DNA of 64,000 bases from Balanoglossus misakiensis (GCA_040954595.2 CM082592.2:3426735-3490734), one strand, 5' to 3'. Positions 14,601 through 28,170 are shown, counted from the first letter of the stretch. Program-made: numbers and translations. Notes: a model not told the origin generated them from the letters alone.

Positions 14601-17465
14601 GAATAGGTAAAGAAATGTGTTAAACGGTATTATTTTAAACGGATGGTCGTGGCCAAATCAGAGTTTTGTACTAATGAACTACATCAAAGGTATCCATAAT
14701 TGTAAACTTCGTTTATAAATAGATCTTGCGTTGCCAGAATGATGGTTTTATTTTGGTTACCACAAAGGCTCAAAGAATTATCATCCATACAAAGCGAATC
14801 GTATGCCTTCAAGGCATCGTATACAGTCCAAAGTTTGAAAACAAACATTCACAATTTTGAGACATGTGGGCGTCATATCATTAAAAATGTCAGGATATAT
14901 TTTTTGTTCTATATTTCCTATCGTGACTGTGGAAAACATTTTCAAAATGGTATCCAACATACAAAGCAGTTATCATATACATCATGCTTACCACCAGTAT
15001 ATCAAAAACAGAAAACTAGGGAGGCTGATAGCCAACTGTAGAATCCACCAATAGCGAACGAAGTACGCCACTCCAGCCAATAGCATGTAACCAAAACTGA
15101 AGAAGAATTCGATGACCAATCCGACGAAAATGCGCTTCGAAGGTCCAACAAGTTCAGTAGCTGTAGGACAGACGTGATAAAAATACAAAGGACCTGTCAA
15201 TCGTGGTTGTTACAGGTTAAATTATCTTATGGCTACTAAAAGTACACAGGGAGAAGTATGGGAGTTCCCTTCTCTACAGGAACTAGTTTGAGGTCACCAT
15301 TCGATAATGCGAACCCCTCGAAAATAAGGATATATAAAGCCCGACGTCTGCAAACTAAATCATAATCAAAAGTGTCGTATCTTATTCTTACCAAAGACAA
15401 ACGCGACGAGAAAAGTCCCCGTCGTAGTTAAACCAAGACCGAACCGGAAGACTGAGTAGACGACGATATTTGGCGAGAAAGCACATGCAGTGCCACAGGC
15501 GGCCAAACAAAGCGAGGCAATCGTCAACGTTGGCAGACGACCAAACCTGCCAGAAAATCAGTATGAAATTTTATGAGTCATAAAATACACTCTGAAGGAC
15601 AATAAATTTTCGTGCACTCACGACAGTAATATCCAGTAACTATATGTACCCCCCCCCCTCCAATAAGTACCTGTGATTTGAGATGTTTCGTCACGCGCCT
15701 AATTCACTAAGATTGCGTTAAAGGTATGCGCTCAGCTATGCAAATGTACCCACAATTACCATGGAGAAATCAAATATAGCCAATCACAGATTTCCATACA
15801 GCTTCACAGCTTTGAAAAAGAAAAAAAAAAGACCCACCTGTCTGAGAAAGCTCCAATGATGATTGCACCGAAAAATTTGCCCGCCATGAAGATGGATGAC
15901 GCCAGTGCTCCCAGATAATACCGATCACAAACTAGATCAAACTGCGTGTTACACAAGAAAGGGTTGAAAATTATAAAATATCGGGTATATTGAGACAATA
16001 AACTCAATGAGATTATAGCTGATGTTGTTTTTCTATATATTTTTTATCAATTCGTTTATCTGACTGTCAGATCTTTTTTGATATCATATCAGCGCGCCCT
16101 TTTGCACCTCATGGTGAAACCATGGCGACAGAAAGCGGTCCGACAAATTTCGACGTACTGTAAGGAAATGTTTGGCGACTAGTATGCCATAAATGACGGC
16201 GCAAGAGCCTATAAGATTGATCAATTTCCTATGCTAAGTCCATCTTCAGCCTTGGTTTCTCCATTTCTCTCCTAAACTCTGCTGGTAGGCCTAAAATTTA
16301 TGTTTAGAAAATCTACACATAGCAATCAGGGTGCAGTCAGCACAAGAGAAAAATCTTAATACTCAAAGTGGCAAATGATCCATAAATCAAATCTTATCAT
16401 ATGATTAATGATATTGATTTGATAACAGCAGCGAGGCAAAGCAACAACATCTTTCAAGCAAATCATGTTTTGTAGAGCTTGTGTTAACTTTCTTAGTTAG
16501 ATGTTTAGCATTACCCTGCAACATTTACGATATTTGCATACATGTCTCCCCCCCCCCCCCATCTTTTTAATGTTGGTGCTCTCGCGTTCTAGAGTCGTCT
16601 GCCCAAGATTTAATTTCTCACGAAGATACTGGATTGGCGCAACACAGAATGTTTTTCATTGAGCGATAGTCGTTTAAACTGCACCAGAAAAAAAACAGTG
16701 TATGACACGCGCATGATAAAAACCAGAGTAGGATTTGTCGGGCACGAGATTTTTGTTTTACTCATGACAATGACTTGAGGATTGTTCGTTACCATCAATA
16801 CAAATCAATTGGGGGAATACTTCGTACTGATACTGTGATTGCAGCATAAAATTAGGAAGGAATAAGTTTCAGTACTTGTAATTTGTATTTACCGCTTAGG
16901 CATCGTTACCAGAAGCATCTGGACTGTGGCATATGTAGTCCATTCCTTTGATAATCGTTTACAATCGCAGATTTGCTGGTAATTCACCCATTTAAAATGT
17001 GAATGTTTATGTAAATGCAACGATACAACTTGCCTCTTGAAACAAACTTGACTTATACTGAGAACGGTCATAATTCCAACCATGGTCACACTTCATCGTC
17101 GCATTGGTATACACAGTGATGTCATTCCCAGGATGAATCTCCACGTCTGTGATGTCATAGCGGTAGCAACTACTGTAAACTAATTTGGCGTCACAGGAGC
17201 CGGATCCATCTTCGAAAGGGATGCTGAAATTCTTGATGGTCTCCAGACAGGCGTCGTGTGATGATCCGCGCAGCGTGCAGTTGTCCCCGAAGGCGTCGAG
17301 TTCGGGAGCGCGGCACCAGTGGTCGGTCTCGGCCGCCAGAAATACCTGGGCGAACGCGTGCAACGCCGGAGGTAGGCCGAGGCAACAAATCAAAAAGGAG
17401 AGTTTCTTTTGGTAGGGTCCGAACTCCCCAAGGTGCTTTAAAACATCGTCGAATTTCAGCACCAT
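11631..17465 (-). CDS. SLC22 family organic cation/carnitine transporter (MFS), ~604 aa
   Basis: 10 exons: 17034-17465 (MVLKFDDVLKHLGEFGPYQ), 15838-15941, 15392-15546, 14992-15160, 14457-14598, 14228-14319, 13758-13975, 13192-13303, 12439-12648, 11631-11811. Total 1815 nt. SLC22 motifs EFDLVC, SDRFGR, TELVGP, IPESPRWL, AEMYPTPIR, LPETRNKDLPETIEE. Intron 1 uses a GC donor. Confidence 0.95.
12108..12258. mobile_element. TA-flanked MITE (Tc1/mariner-type termini)
   Basis: TACAGTGACACCTGT ... ACAGGTTTCACTGTA terminal inverted repeats; a related left end occurs at ~40492. Confidence 0.7.
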
Positions 17466-18603
17466 GTTAACAGTTATACACAGGTTGATATGATGAAAAG
17501 GACAGTGTTTCTGTAGGGGGTGGACTTCGGATAAAGAAACGCGCAAGAAACTTTTTATTACAGGGCATGCGTCGGAGTTCGCGCACGTGACTGGAGCACT
17601 TTGGGTTATCGGTCGACAGCGACGTAAATCACAAACTTGTGGCACTGCATGTGAACCATGTCAACATCATTATAAAATCATTAGTTTTTTGTGTCATCAA
17701 AAGAGAAATAACTGTATTACAGCTAATTTTCCACCAAGGAACTGTTACGTTTTGTCTGTCTAGGAGTATAGCGGCTGCAGTGATTATTTTAAACAAACTT
17801 TGACAGTAAAAAGAGCGGTCTACAGCAAACTGTATCATGATCGTTGAAATCTATTTTGCAAATGTCAAGTGCAATCAGTTCGTGTGGCCAGGAATCTGCA
17901 GACGGATGAAGGAAAACGTCAGTGACTTCAAGTGGTCCAACAGAACCTGTCAAAATGCTCGGCGACCACTTCGGATATCATCAAGTCAACTACATAGACG
18001 TAAAATGATAAATTAAACATTGTTTTCCAATACTTTTCAATCTAGCAATTGTACATTGTACTGTGATACTTATCACAAAATCGATGACCTTGTCAAAGTT
18101 ACAAGTAGTTATAGTAGATGTACCTGACCAGAGGGATCACAGGGCATGTTCTTTAATTTATTTTGTTATGATTGAAAAGTAAATTTTTGAATGGGATTTT
18201 TCGCGCAATCTGGAATCGTCTGATTTCAACGTTGAGTCTGAACGACTGCTTGGCGTCGCCTGCGAAGTTTTCGTGGATAACACGACAAGAATTTTATCCC
18301 AGTTGGCCTAGAATATGGCACGCATCGTAAGGTTTGGTCGCTGTGGAACCTGCAGACATCGTGGAACAGGAAGGATGACCTACGGTTTTATACTACGTTT
18401 AAAGGCCGACGATCGTCTTATAAATGTTTGCCGCTATTCCATTCCTTCATGTATGTTTAAAACTGTTGATTACATTGCATACCGTCCAGTTGACAAAAGA
18501 ATGAATACAAAGCCAGTTTCTGCACGATGCACGTGACTTGACGAGCACAATTGTTACCACACAGCACTCTGCAATGACATGAACAATTACTTAGAAAGAC
18601 TTT

Positions 18604-18609
18604 TTTATT
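18604..18609 (-). terminator. Putative polyadenylation signal (AATAAA) of the 7TM gene
   Basis: AATAAA on the minus strand about 820 nt after the stop codon; assignment is positional inference. Confidence 0.4.
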
Positions 18610-19424
18610 TTAATATTTGTATTTATTTTTCAGATATACAATACAAAGGTTTACCAGATACAGTAGATGATACGAAGCAAAAGGTATGTCTGCAAGAGAC
18701 AAAACTGCTGGTCAATATCACAACGATTTACATTCTTTTGAAATGCCATAGTGCATTATAACAGATTATATTTGAGAGATTACAATGTATATCACAAAAT
18801 TTTCATCCCATCCCTTGTTTTCTTGATTGTCCATGTCTACCAACCAGCTATTGCAATAACTTTTCATTTTAATTTATTCACGTATTGTTTTAATTTATTC
18901 ATATATGCAAATTCCCATCGTAAATCATTCACCACCAGAATCTAGATTACATTTGCCCTGATCAAGAATCGCTTCCTACGCTCTGACATGTATATCAGAC
19001 GGTGTGAGTCGCGGCACCAGGCCCCCAAGATAATTATTACTTGACCAATCAGATGGCAGGACACAGGACCAGATAGGAACCGACTAATCATGCACGCGTA
19101 TACGTGTGCATAGTTTGGTAAAGACAAACAATGTGATGATCTAAGCAAAAATTGTCATCAAATTCCAACTTTCTTTCGGTGCAATAATCTCTATCTGTCA
19201 GCCAGTTTGTCAAATCACTAGCTCCAGTAGGGGTCTGGACAGTAAGCAGACAATTGAAACGAATATTTAAATTCATGCGCATATAGAAGAATACAATATT
19301 GTTATATTTCGCCTATTTCCGTGAAACAATGGTAAATGTGACGGGGTTTAATATCAAGTGACTAAAGGTGCCTTTAACAACTAATTTATCAAAGATCTGA
19401 AGCGAAACTACATAACTGTAGAAA

Positions 19425-22400
19425 TCATGCAGTGGTTCGGTTTATATTTTTAGAGTGATTTGGAACGTTTCCTCCTTTGGGGGTAGTTTTCTTCATGGTC
19501 ACGGCCAAGACAACAAAGAATCCTTGGAGAGAATTTACACTATTGACAAAAATGCTCAGAATGTAGTTCTCAAGGAAAACCTCAGCCAATGCAAGACTCC
19601 ATGTCAACCCCATAATTAGGAACATTTTGATAGCGGTGGCAAGATGTTCTCGCCAAACATTGGCAGAACCGTGGCTTGTTGCGGAAATCGTAATGTATCT
19701 CAGAATTAGCGCGAAGCAAACTACATTGAAGGCGAGTACAACAGCAACGGGAACAACGAACAACAACAGCCGGGCGAAGGCATCGGTGATCCAGCAGACG
19801 CCATCTCTGCCATAGCCGATTTCAAAGCCTACCACAAAATGTGAATCCAAAATGGCGGCAGTGGACACTACCACAGCTGGTAGCAACCAAGCGAAAAGAC
19901 AGTAACAGGTGAACCGTCCACTGCCGTGACTCACATGAAAAGCATGGTGAACCGACCGAAATGCCCGGCAGACATCGAAGCTCATAACAGCCATCCAGAA
20001 GAAGTTGGCTAACCAGAAAAAGTGCAAAACCACGGCCACAGAGAAACAGAACCTCGGTAGTTCATTCAAGCCCATGCTGGATATTAACATAATCTGAGCA
20101 CACAGTAAGGCAATTAGCAAATTCAATGAGAGCTTTCCAGGAAATGTCTGCAGAAGGGTACGTCTGATGTGTACTACTAAATAAATCACCAGACAAATGA
20201 TTGATAACGAAGTACAGCCAACAGTAAGCCATATGCCATACTTTTCAACAATGGCAGAATGCGAGTAAATTTGCACGCAAGCAAAGGCGACAGTGTTGTT
20301 AGCAAACATCTCGAAAATTACAGTCTTGAAAGAAATACTGCCAATTTGGACAGTTAAAGTATTTTGGTCAATTTCAAAATTTGAATTATTTAACATTAAT
20401 AATTCTGCTGGGTGTTCACACTTCTTGTGTAATTCCGTCAATATCATATCTTTTGTGTAAACAGTGTGGTTGGATACATTTGAAAACGTTATGTTTGACT
20501 GGTCACTGATGTTTTGCATCTGAACACGTGACGGTGCGACATTTTCACTTGTCCAATCTTCACGTATGCACTTCAATGTACTTGGGTCAAACACCTCCTG
20601 CCGAGAACATTCGAAATCGAGCGATAATGTTCGATACTGCCATATTGACGAGTCTATTGATGTTAGCATGACGTTACCGTTTGTTGTTATGTCAAAAAGC
20701 AGTTTGATTGCAAACAGAGATTTCCCGATCTCGCGCGAATGTCTGTAGCCACAATACATTTCAGGTGTTGATTCTGGAGGATGGGCAACACTACACAGGA
20801 AACAATCAAGGTTTTTGAAGTGTGCGTATCTGCCTAATCCCACATATTTCGAGACGATAGAGAAACGCGACTGACACAGACGGGTGCTATTTGTGTAGTC
20901 TTCAATCGCGTAGTCGCACGTGTCGATATAATCTACACACTTTCGTAATCTCACACCTGTTTTGTCTTGCGCACTCACGGACAATCCTGACCTGTAGGAT
21001 TCTAAGTACATCCGGGAAACGATCATGGCATCAGATAGAGGATCAGTACTATTGGTGGTGTTTCCGCTAAAGGGTATGGGTACGAATGCAGTGAAGTTAA
21101 TATTGACCTGCCACAGGACGACATCCGATTCATTGACTCCATTGCACGCAGCACAGTAAATATTACGGTACACTTCCGCCTTCGATGGCGCAGTCACTGG
21201 CAAACTCTGCAGCGACAAACCTAAAATAAACCAACCACATAAAAAGGATTCAGTTTTTTAATAAATTCAATAAATTGCTCCGCATCCCACGTGCCCAGGA
21301 GTGGGGATTTGAAAAAAAAGTGCTTTGCGGGCTGGTTGCCCTCGATTCCAATTGAATACAATTTGTGCTTTCTTTTGCGTTGAAAGAGTCGCTAAATATA
21401 TATCATTGAAAATGCGCTGAAATGTGAATTTACGTGGTACAATGTACCTGTTTTGGGTGAGACCAGCTTCTATGATATCAAATTGTCATGCGCGGTCCCA
21501 GATGTAAACTGAAGCTAAACTTTGGATCCACGTCTATGTACGGTTCGTCAAATATCCGTTCTTACTCGGAACAACGTATTCTAGTCTGTACGTCAATCTA
21601 TTCTGGCAGCAATTTCCATTTAAAGCTTCTAGAGATGCCACTTTTTGCATTATTTTCATGACTTTATTTTCCAACGTACATTGGTGCATCAAAATAAGCT
21701 TATGAACATCTTATCAATGCCCGATTGTGACCGCATGTTGCAATTTAAACACGCTACATATTAAACCGGTGCCGCACCCTTTACCAGTATTTATCAGCTT
21801 CAATACAAACAGTACGCAGCTGTTGTGGTATGTGTCGCCAAGAGATGAAAAGCTGATGCAAATACAAGTAATTTGGATTTTAAAGGATGCGAAGAAGCTG
21901 GAGTATTTTAATACTGTGGAAAAAAATATGTGAAATTTGGCAGCTCAGGAGGCTTTAAAGCTTTGAAACAAAATCTTCACACCGAAGTCTAAACACACAA
22001 ATAGTGGTTATTTTGTCCAAATGTCAGTCCCCTTCTGTTATTATCATCAAAATGTTCTATAGTTTTAGCAATAACTTCGATATCGTACCTAACGGAACCT
22101 CTGTTTCACATTTGACGCTGATAGTATTGTTAGGCCAGTCTTGGGGGCACTTGTTCACCATCCAGACAGTTTCCGCGGACTCATCAGAAATCTTGAAACA
22201 CCCATCGTTCTTCTCCGCTGCAAGAGCCTTGTATTCATCCGCGCCAGACCGGTTGCCGCACGCCTCCAGGTAGTCGAAACAGCAGTCGCCGTATCGCAGG
22301 CACTTGGCGTCACAGTTGCAGATCAGCTCGGTGCCCGGGTCGCCGACGACGGACACGCGGTCACAGACCGGTTCGCCCGTGAGGTTGAAGCAAGAGTCCA

Positions 22401-22524
22401 TCCTCCGCGAAGTCTCGCCATCGATGCAAATGTCGCTGACGTCAGAGTCGCCGCTGATGATGGTTGTGCAGAACCACCTCCAGATGATAAGCCGGATGAA
22501 ACTCTTAGAATATGTCCAATCCAT
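19425..22524 (-). CDS. Family B (secretin/adhesion/Methuselah-like, 7tm_2) orphan GPCR with N-terminal somatomedin-B domain
   Basis: Exons 22089-22524 (MDWTYSKSFIRLIIWRWFCTTIISG leader; SMB CNCDAKCLRYGDCCFDYLEAC) and 19425-21220 (YRNIYCAACN; 7TM with FCFSVAVVLHFFWLANFFWM, CWI, MGLTW, NSLQGFF), joined in phase 1. An upstream exon 24077-24175 with a GTGAGT donor joins in frame at acceptor 22536, so the start may be ATG 24175. Confidence 0.85.
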
Positions 22525-22896
22525 GATATAAGAATTCTGAATGAAATCAAAGAAATTCCATGATTAATAAGACATGTTTTTATTTACAACTGTATTCTCT
22601 GGAGGCATTTATTTAACGTTCACCGGCTCGCCAATTTCCCAGAACATGACTAGTGGAATCCATGCATTTATGTATTTTGCACTCATGGTACATTGTTTTG
22701 AAATTACACTGTGAACGTTTGTGCACCTTCCTAAGAACGTGCGATGTCTTAATGGACATGGACAAATCGATATAAATTAAGTATTAAATTGTTTCTGAAA
22801 ACGTGGTTCGTCAACAAACTAAGAAAAAGGGGACATATGCACTATATAGCGAAACTACGGTAGCCCGTATATGACACTCAAAATATCTAATTAAGC

Positions 22897-23011
22897 GGAC
22901 ACAACTTTAATTTTGTCCGACAAAACTCTCTAATTGGTGGACACAACTCTAACTTTGTCGGACAAAACTCTCTAATTGGAGCACGCAACTCTAACTTTGT
23001 AGGACAAAACT
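22897..23011. repeat. ~42-bp tandem repeat, ~2.7 copies
   Basis: Unit GGACACAACT(C/T)TAA(C/T)TTTGTC(C/G)GACAAAACTCTCTAATTGG(T/A) repeated. Confidence 0.8.
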
Positions 23012-23464
23012 TCACAATCGATGGAAACTGAAAGAACAGCGAAAATAACAGACAAGTTTGTAAATTGTGCGACAGGTGGCATTTTAGAAGGATGGGGTAG
23101 CATTCTTTTTGTTTCCTGGCATGTAACTTCTTTCAGGAGAAACGCACGAGTTATGAAGAGGTCTGTCTCTGAGATACAAGAGATAAATCAACAGCACCAC
23201 GACATACAGATCCGAGAGCACGGACAGAATTAGAGAATTGTACTCTCCCGTGGTTCGCTGTAAACGGCGGGGATTTTGTCTCGCGAATGACACGTGTGCA
23301 GTGTCCACCAACTGGGTCAGTGTTGAAAGGCAAGTGTGCTTTGTTTTGGCTGTTCATGCTATTTGGGTATGGTAGCACGGTTGTGTACTCAGTCTAGCGG
23401 ATCTCTCGCCGTCCGTCTACAGTCGTCTGTAAGATGTGTTGTTACTATAAAACGCAGATGCACT

Positions 23465-23553
23465 GCACAGCATAGCACAGCACAGCACAGCACAACGCAA
23501 CACAACACAACACAACACAACACAACACAACACAACACAACACAACACAACAC
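23465..23553. repeat. (CACAG)n/(CACAA)n microsatellite
   Basis: Directly visible, abutting a MITE. Confidence 0.9.
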
Positions 23554-23554
23554 A

Positions 23555-23763
23555 TACTGTAAAACACTTTATTTTCGCGAGCAATAAATTTTCGCGAAAT
23601 ACGCGAGAGCCAAAATAGCATGAAAATAAAGAGTCGTGTAATTTTTTGCAGATAACGATGCAGTGAATGAAATAAGAGAACGCGAAAATTAATACTCGCG
23701 AAACAGTGGCCTCTCTCGATATCGCGAAAATTTCAACTCGCGAAAATAAAGTGTTTTACCATA
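23555..23763. mobile_element. TA-flanked MITE family B
   Basis: TACTGTAAAACACTTTATTTTCGCGAG ... CTCGCGAAAATAAAGTGTTTTACCATA; close inverted homolog of 53906-54117. Confidence 0.9.
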
Positions 23764-26736
23764 CAAGGGGAAAATTACCTTCGCCTGTAAGGTTTTCTCG
23801 TTTTAAACATATTCATAGCGATATGCAAGGTGTGTAAATTCGATTTGCTTGTTCAATTAGGTGAATTCAAGGCAAAGTTAACATAAACTTGACACAAAAA
23901 CAGTTGATTCCTAAAATACGCTATTCACACAGTATGCAAACCATAATTAGACATTTTTGAGAATCAGGAAGATATCAACACGGCATCAGGAATTTATAGG
24001 AAAATATACTTTGGTTTCTCATTTCTCTTCAGCTACGCTGTACACGGAAAAATAACAAACTACATTGCTAACTCACCGGATCCAACACGCACACCACTCT
24101 CTTCAAATTCAGCCGACACAAGTGAAGCCGAAAGCAGTACGAGCCAGAGAGATTTATCAACACGGACCGTTCCATTATGGCACGGGGGGAGAGAGAACGA
24201 GGAGATGGTGAAAGAAAAACTGCCAGAGATCACGTTTTACAGCGTGTGGCGTGAGGGGAATGAAGTATAATTGTACATGAGGGTTGACACCAAATTTGAA
24301 AACCACGACACAAGAGAAATTTTGACCAAATTTGACAAATGAATCCGTGTAAAAATGGCGATTTTGAAACATTGTATATCATTTGCATTTAACAGTTCAG
24401 AATGATAAATGTTTTCGGATATGTTAAAAAAAATAAAATGAAAAATAATCACCATACACGTATCCAATAGGATGCATCGATCTGGAGTCTGACATCTTCG
24501 ATTTCGGCAGGCAAAAAGTAAAAATAGGTAACTTCAGACAAAGGAGTTACATATGTCATTACAAATATGCCTGATAAGCCGTTTCTGAGAAGACCATTAT
24601 TAGCCAAAGAAGCTAACATTGCCTGAAAGATATCATATGGCCAGTCTCACTTTTAACGCAACGCTTTATTTGACAAACAAAATAATCATATGAATACTGT
24701 GATCGTGTGTGCCATTCAAATGTTCCCCGACTTTCAATATATTTCTGACCTGGTGTAGAAACAGAATCGTGTGCAAGCCCCCTTTGGACGCCTGTGCACA
24801 TTATACACATGGCCGCGGCAAACCCATGTTCAGAAGGAGGAAATATACGTTCCAAAAAGACAGATTTCCTTCAAAAGCTTTGGGCAAGACCCGTTTTATC
24901 TTCTACAGAACTATTACACAATGGCATTGAATCAAAATGGTAAATATGTAGCACTGATGAATTAATTTCCCCGCAAACGTTGTAAGTTCAAAAACTGATC
25001 AGAAAAGTTGACAAACGACGTCAGATGTTGTCATCAAGGACAGTCACGCATCCCATAAGTAATGTGCACCGCTTTCATCAAAACCGTCGCGTGTCTTTCC
25101 TTCACAAAAGACTGCCTGGGTGTTCTATTTGTAGAAAATTCCAGTCGGGAATTTAACGGCGCTGGTAAAATACGAGTTTATATTGAGATACAAGGTATAC
25201 AAGGAAATATGCAATCATCCAAAAAGTGTAAGAATTTTTGAAACTATAATATCTATGATGTGAGTTTTCGGTTGATTTCTTTTTTTGATTTGTTGATGTA
25301 ACACTGAGAGTTTTTAATAAAAGATTTTTAAAAAATCCTGTCGGGAACTATGTTCGGTCGGTAAATTATCTTTTATGTTTAAGATCCCTCTGTATTTTTC
25401 AAGGATAATAACTCTTCAAAGCTGTTGGTTTAAGCGGAGAGGGTTCTCTGTCGCGCACGGGAGATGCTACGAAGTAAATATCACACCTTTCCTGCTTTGA
25501 TGTAAGCCCTGGGCCCAATACTGCCACCTCTTGCACAGCGACATCTGAAGTAGAATTTAAAGAGTGCCACTCAGCGATCGGCACAAGAAGCCTCGTTGAC
25601 ATTTCAAGCAAGAGCGGTTTCGATATGTCGTGTATCATAATAATTATTACATAAATATAGCCCATGTACTACAGATAATACCATCGAAATAAAACAAATC
25701 ACATTTTATTCGTATTTCCTTGTCTCAGAGACCACACAAACACATATCATCAGTTACATCAATCGTGATGGGTTGAGCGAAATTGAATGTCGTTGAAAAT
25801 ATGTATATATTGTTTTATGGAACCCTCTTTTAAAGAATCAAAGAATCATTTATACGTCTAGAATGCATTTTTGAGATTTTTATTTTATGGTATCAAAACT
25901 TTATATGTTAAATTTCCACTATGCTTTTTGGATAAGCATTGTTTTTTTATGCATATCTGTATGACAGCCATCAAACTCTGTAGTGCATATACATTGTATA
26001 CTTCATTGGTTGACAGATGCAACAAATCTATTTTGACCATTCTCTGATAGGTTTTGGGGGAGGGGCATACTTATATTATTCCAACTCATTTCATAGTTGT
26101 CGGGGCTTTTAGTCAGAATGGAGAAAATTTTGGAAACCTTTAACGAAAATTTCCGACAAGATAGAATCACCCCGAAGACGTAAACGTTTTACTGGACAAA
26201 CATCTGATTAGACTGGATGTAGAAACAACTGAATGCGTGGAATGTCAATGCTCCTTGGATTTCGCAATTCACACATTGATATGAGGTAGGTGTGGATCTT
26301 CAAAGCACAGAGCCATGTTTAAAGAAGGGGAGGAGCTGACAAGAGCAGGAGAAGACAAAGTTGCCGACGGCAGTCATGCAGTCAAAGAGAAGTCACCAGC
26401 GCGCAGCTTCACCCCGTGTTTCTATAGCTGATCGACAAATACCCTATTTGACTGATTCATCAGATTTCTTAGACTAGCCCACTAGTCGCTTGGTGATTTT
26501 TGAATCTCAATACTTTTTTGTGTTTGCGGTGGTTTTTTGTCTTAATCAATAACTTCTAAACTTTTTGCGTGCATGCTTGCTTTGAGCGTGTTTCTGGTAG
26601 TGAGTTTAGTATCGAATTTTGGACTGAGCTCTCGGGTTCGGTTAGTGTTCCCTTGACGTACATACGCGCTCACACTCGGTGAGTTTTACTCTACACACGG
26701 TACATAGAGAAATTCGGAACAGGTTTTTTAAATGTA

Positions 26737-26742
26737 TTTATT
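26737..26742 (-). terminator. Putative polyadenylation signal of TXNRD2
   Basis: AATAAA on the minus strand downstream of the SECIS; implies a ~2.65-kb 3'UTR. Confidence 0.45.
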
Positions 26743-27014
26743 ATGAAATAATGAAGCCCATAGACTTGGAGCAAGTCTACAGATTTCTGTAATAAAGCAA
26801 TTATGGGGACACAGTTGCAGATAACCAATCTTTGAAGTACATGTGTTTCAGACAGGTAGCGGATAGAATTATCAAAAATATTAATATAAAATGGCAGACA
26901 GGAGACATCGCAAATGAATTCTGATCAGATATGTCGTTACACACACACGATTAATAATTCATAATAAATCAACAAGCCTAATTTTTACACTTCAACTGAC
27001 TACAAGACATGATC

Positions 27015-27200
27015 TACTGTAAATTTCCGAAAACGATATATCTTCGTGAACTTTGCGAAAGTCAAAAAACGTGAAAATAAAAAGTTGCGTAAAAATATAT
27101 TTCGGAGATAACGATGTAGTTAGTGAAATATGAGAACGTTAAAATGAATCATCATATATGGTTGCCTCTCTCGATATCCCGAAAATTTCCTGTTTTACAG
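27015..27200. mobile_element. Degenerate MITE family B copy (in the putative TXNRD2 3'UTR)
   Basis: TACTGTAAA ... GCCTCTCTCGATATCCCGAAAATTT ... TTTTACAG; shares internal sequence with 23555-23763. Confidence 0.7.
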
Positions 27201-27492
27201 AAAGCAGACAGTATATACTAGTGCGAGCAATCATGATAAGGGCCATGACTCATCAAAAAGCATTTGTTATTACAACTTCTGTAAGGTACATTGATTTTTT
27301 ATTGGATTTTAATATGTGTATTTGTGCAAAGTACACCACAAGAAAATGTAATACAATAATGAAAATGTACGATCATGTAAAATAGAATTTCTCGGACCTA
27401 ATTTACCACAAAAGCACAAAGATGGCCACTGATTGGCTAAGCACATGAAAAGCAAAAATGTTAATGCGCCTGATGTACACATGCACAGTGCT

Positions 27493-27665
27493 CAGTGTGC
27501 CTTCTAACAAAACCTAATTTTTAAAAGCTTTGAGTCAATTCGAGGATTTATAAAAACTTCTCAGAGTCAGCCCTATACCTTTGCATGTATTGTGGATAAT
27601 TTTCTTGAGTCACCAGTGAGTTTGTTGAGTCAGTTTCACGTCATATGGACTTACAGGGCACACTG
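27493..27665 (+). mobile_element. MITE family C (TIR CAGTGTGCCYTCTAA)
   Basis: CAGTGTGCCTTCTAA ... TTACAGGGCACACTG; homologous copies at 41674-41840 and 58454-58640. Confidence 0.85.
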
Positions 27666-27864
27666 TCTGTCATACACATACACAATTCATTAATTATCAC
27701 TTCTGAATGGTGCGGCAACTACCAACCCGACAAACAGTTTTCTGTATATATTTAATACTCGCAAACAGACTCAATCACTGTACTCAGAGAAAGTGGCATA
27801 CACCTTCCTTTTCTTCAAACCTCAATGTTTAATTTTTAACAAACTATACACTTCTGAAATACAC

Positions 27865-27937
27865 TCGTGCCTTCACTATCAAATCAGTCTCACCTACGTA
27901 CACAGGTTTCCAGACTGATCATCATCCGCGGCAAAAG
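27865..27937 (-). promoter_or_regulatory. SECIS element (type II) of TXNRD2
   Basis: Minus strand reads UGCC GCGG AUGA U GAUCAGUCU GG AAA CCUG UGUACG UAGG UG AGACUGAUU UGAU AGUGAA GGCA. This gives an AUGA/UGAU non-Watson-Crick core, a 9-bp helix II, unpaired AAA, an apical mini-helix and a UGCC/GGCA helix I. Confidence 0.88.
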
Positions 27938-27992
27938 TCATATGCTTCAAAAGTCAGTCAATTCTAACGGTCGTTTCGTTTCTGATTATCCG

Positions 27993-28170
27993 TTAAGGGA
28001 ATATGGTCACCTCTAATTTACATATGCCTATATATGGTCAAGAGTCCGTGGATGAATATCCATGTGAAGGTGAACTGTTTTCACACTGTGTGCCACAAAC
28101 TGAAAATCTGTGATTGGCTACATTTCAATTTTCAATGATTAAATTTGCATAGGTGACCATATACCTTTAA
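27993..28170 (+). mobile_element. MITE family A (TTAA-flanked, Kolobok-like termini)
   Basis: TTAAGGGAATATGGTCACCT ... AGGTGACCATATACCTTTAA; homolog of 5676-5855 and 59782-59975. Superfamily assignment is inference. Confidence 0.8.

Noticed and set aside
22897-23011. Possible CRISPR-like array
   Set aside because: Plain tandem repeat with no unique spacers, in a eukaryotic intron with no cas genes.
25399-26450. Short GC-richer ORF-like patches between TXNRD2 and the GPCR
   Set aside because: No recognisable domain or consistent splice structure; possibly decayed repeat fragments, but I cannot support a call.
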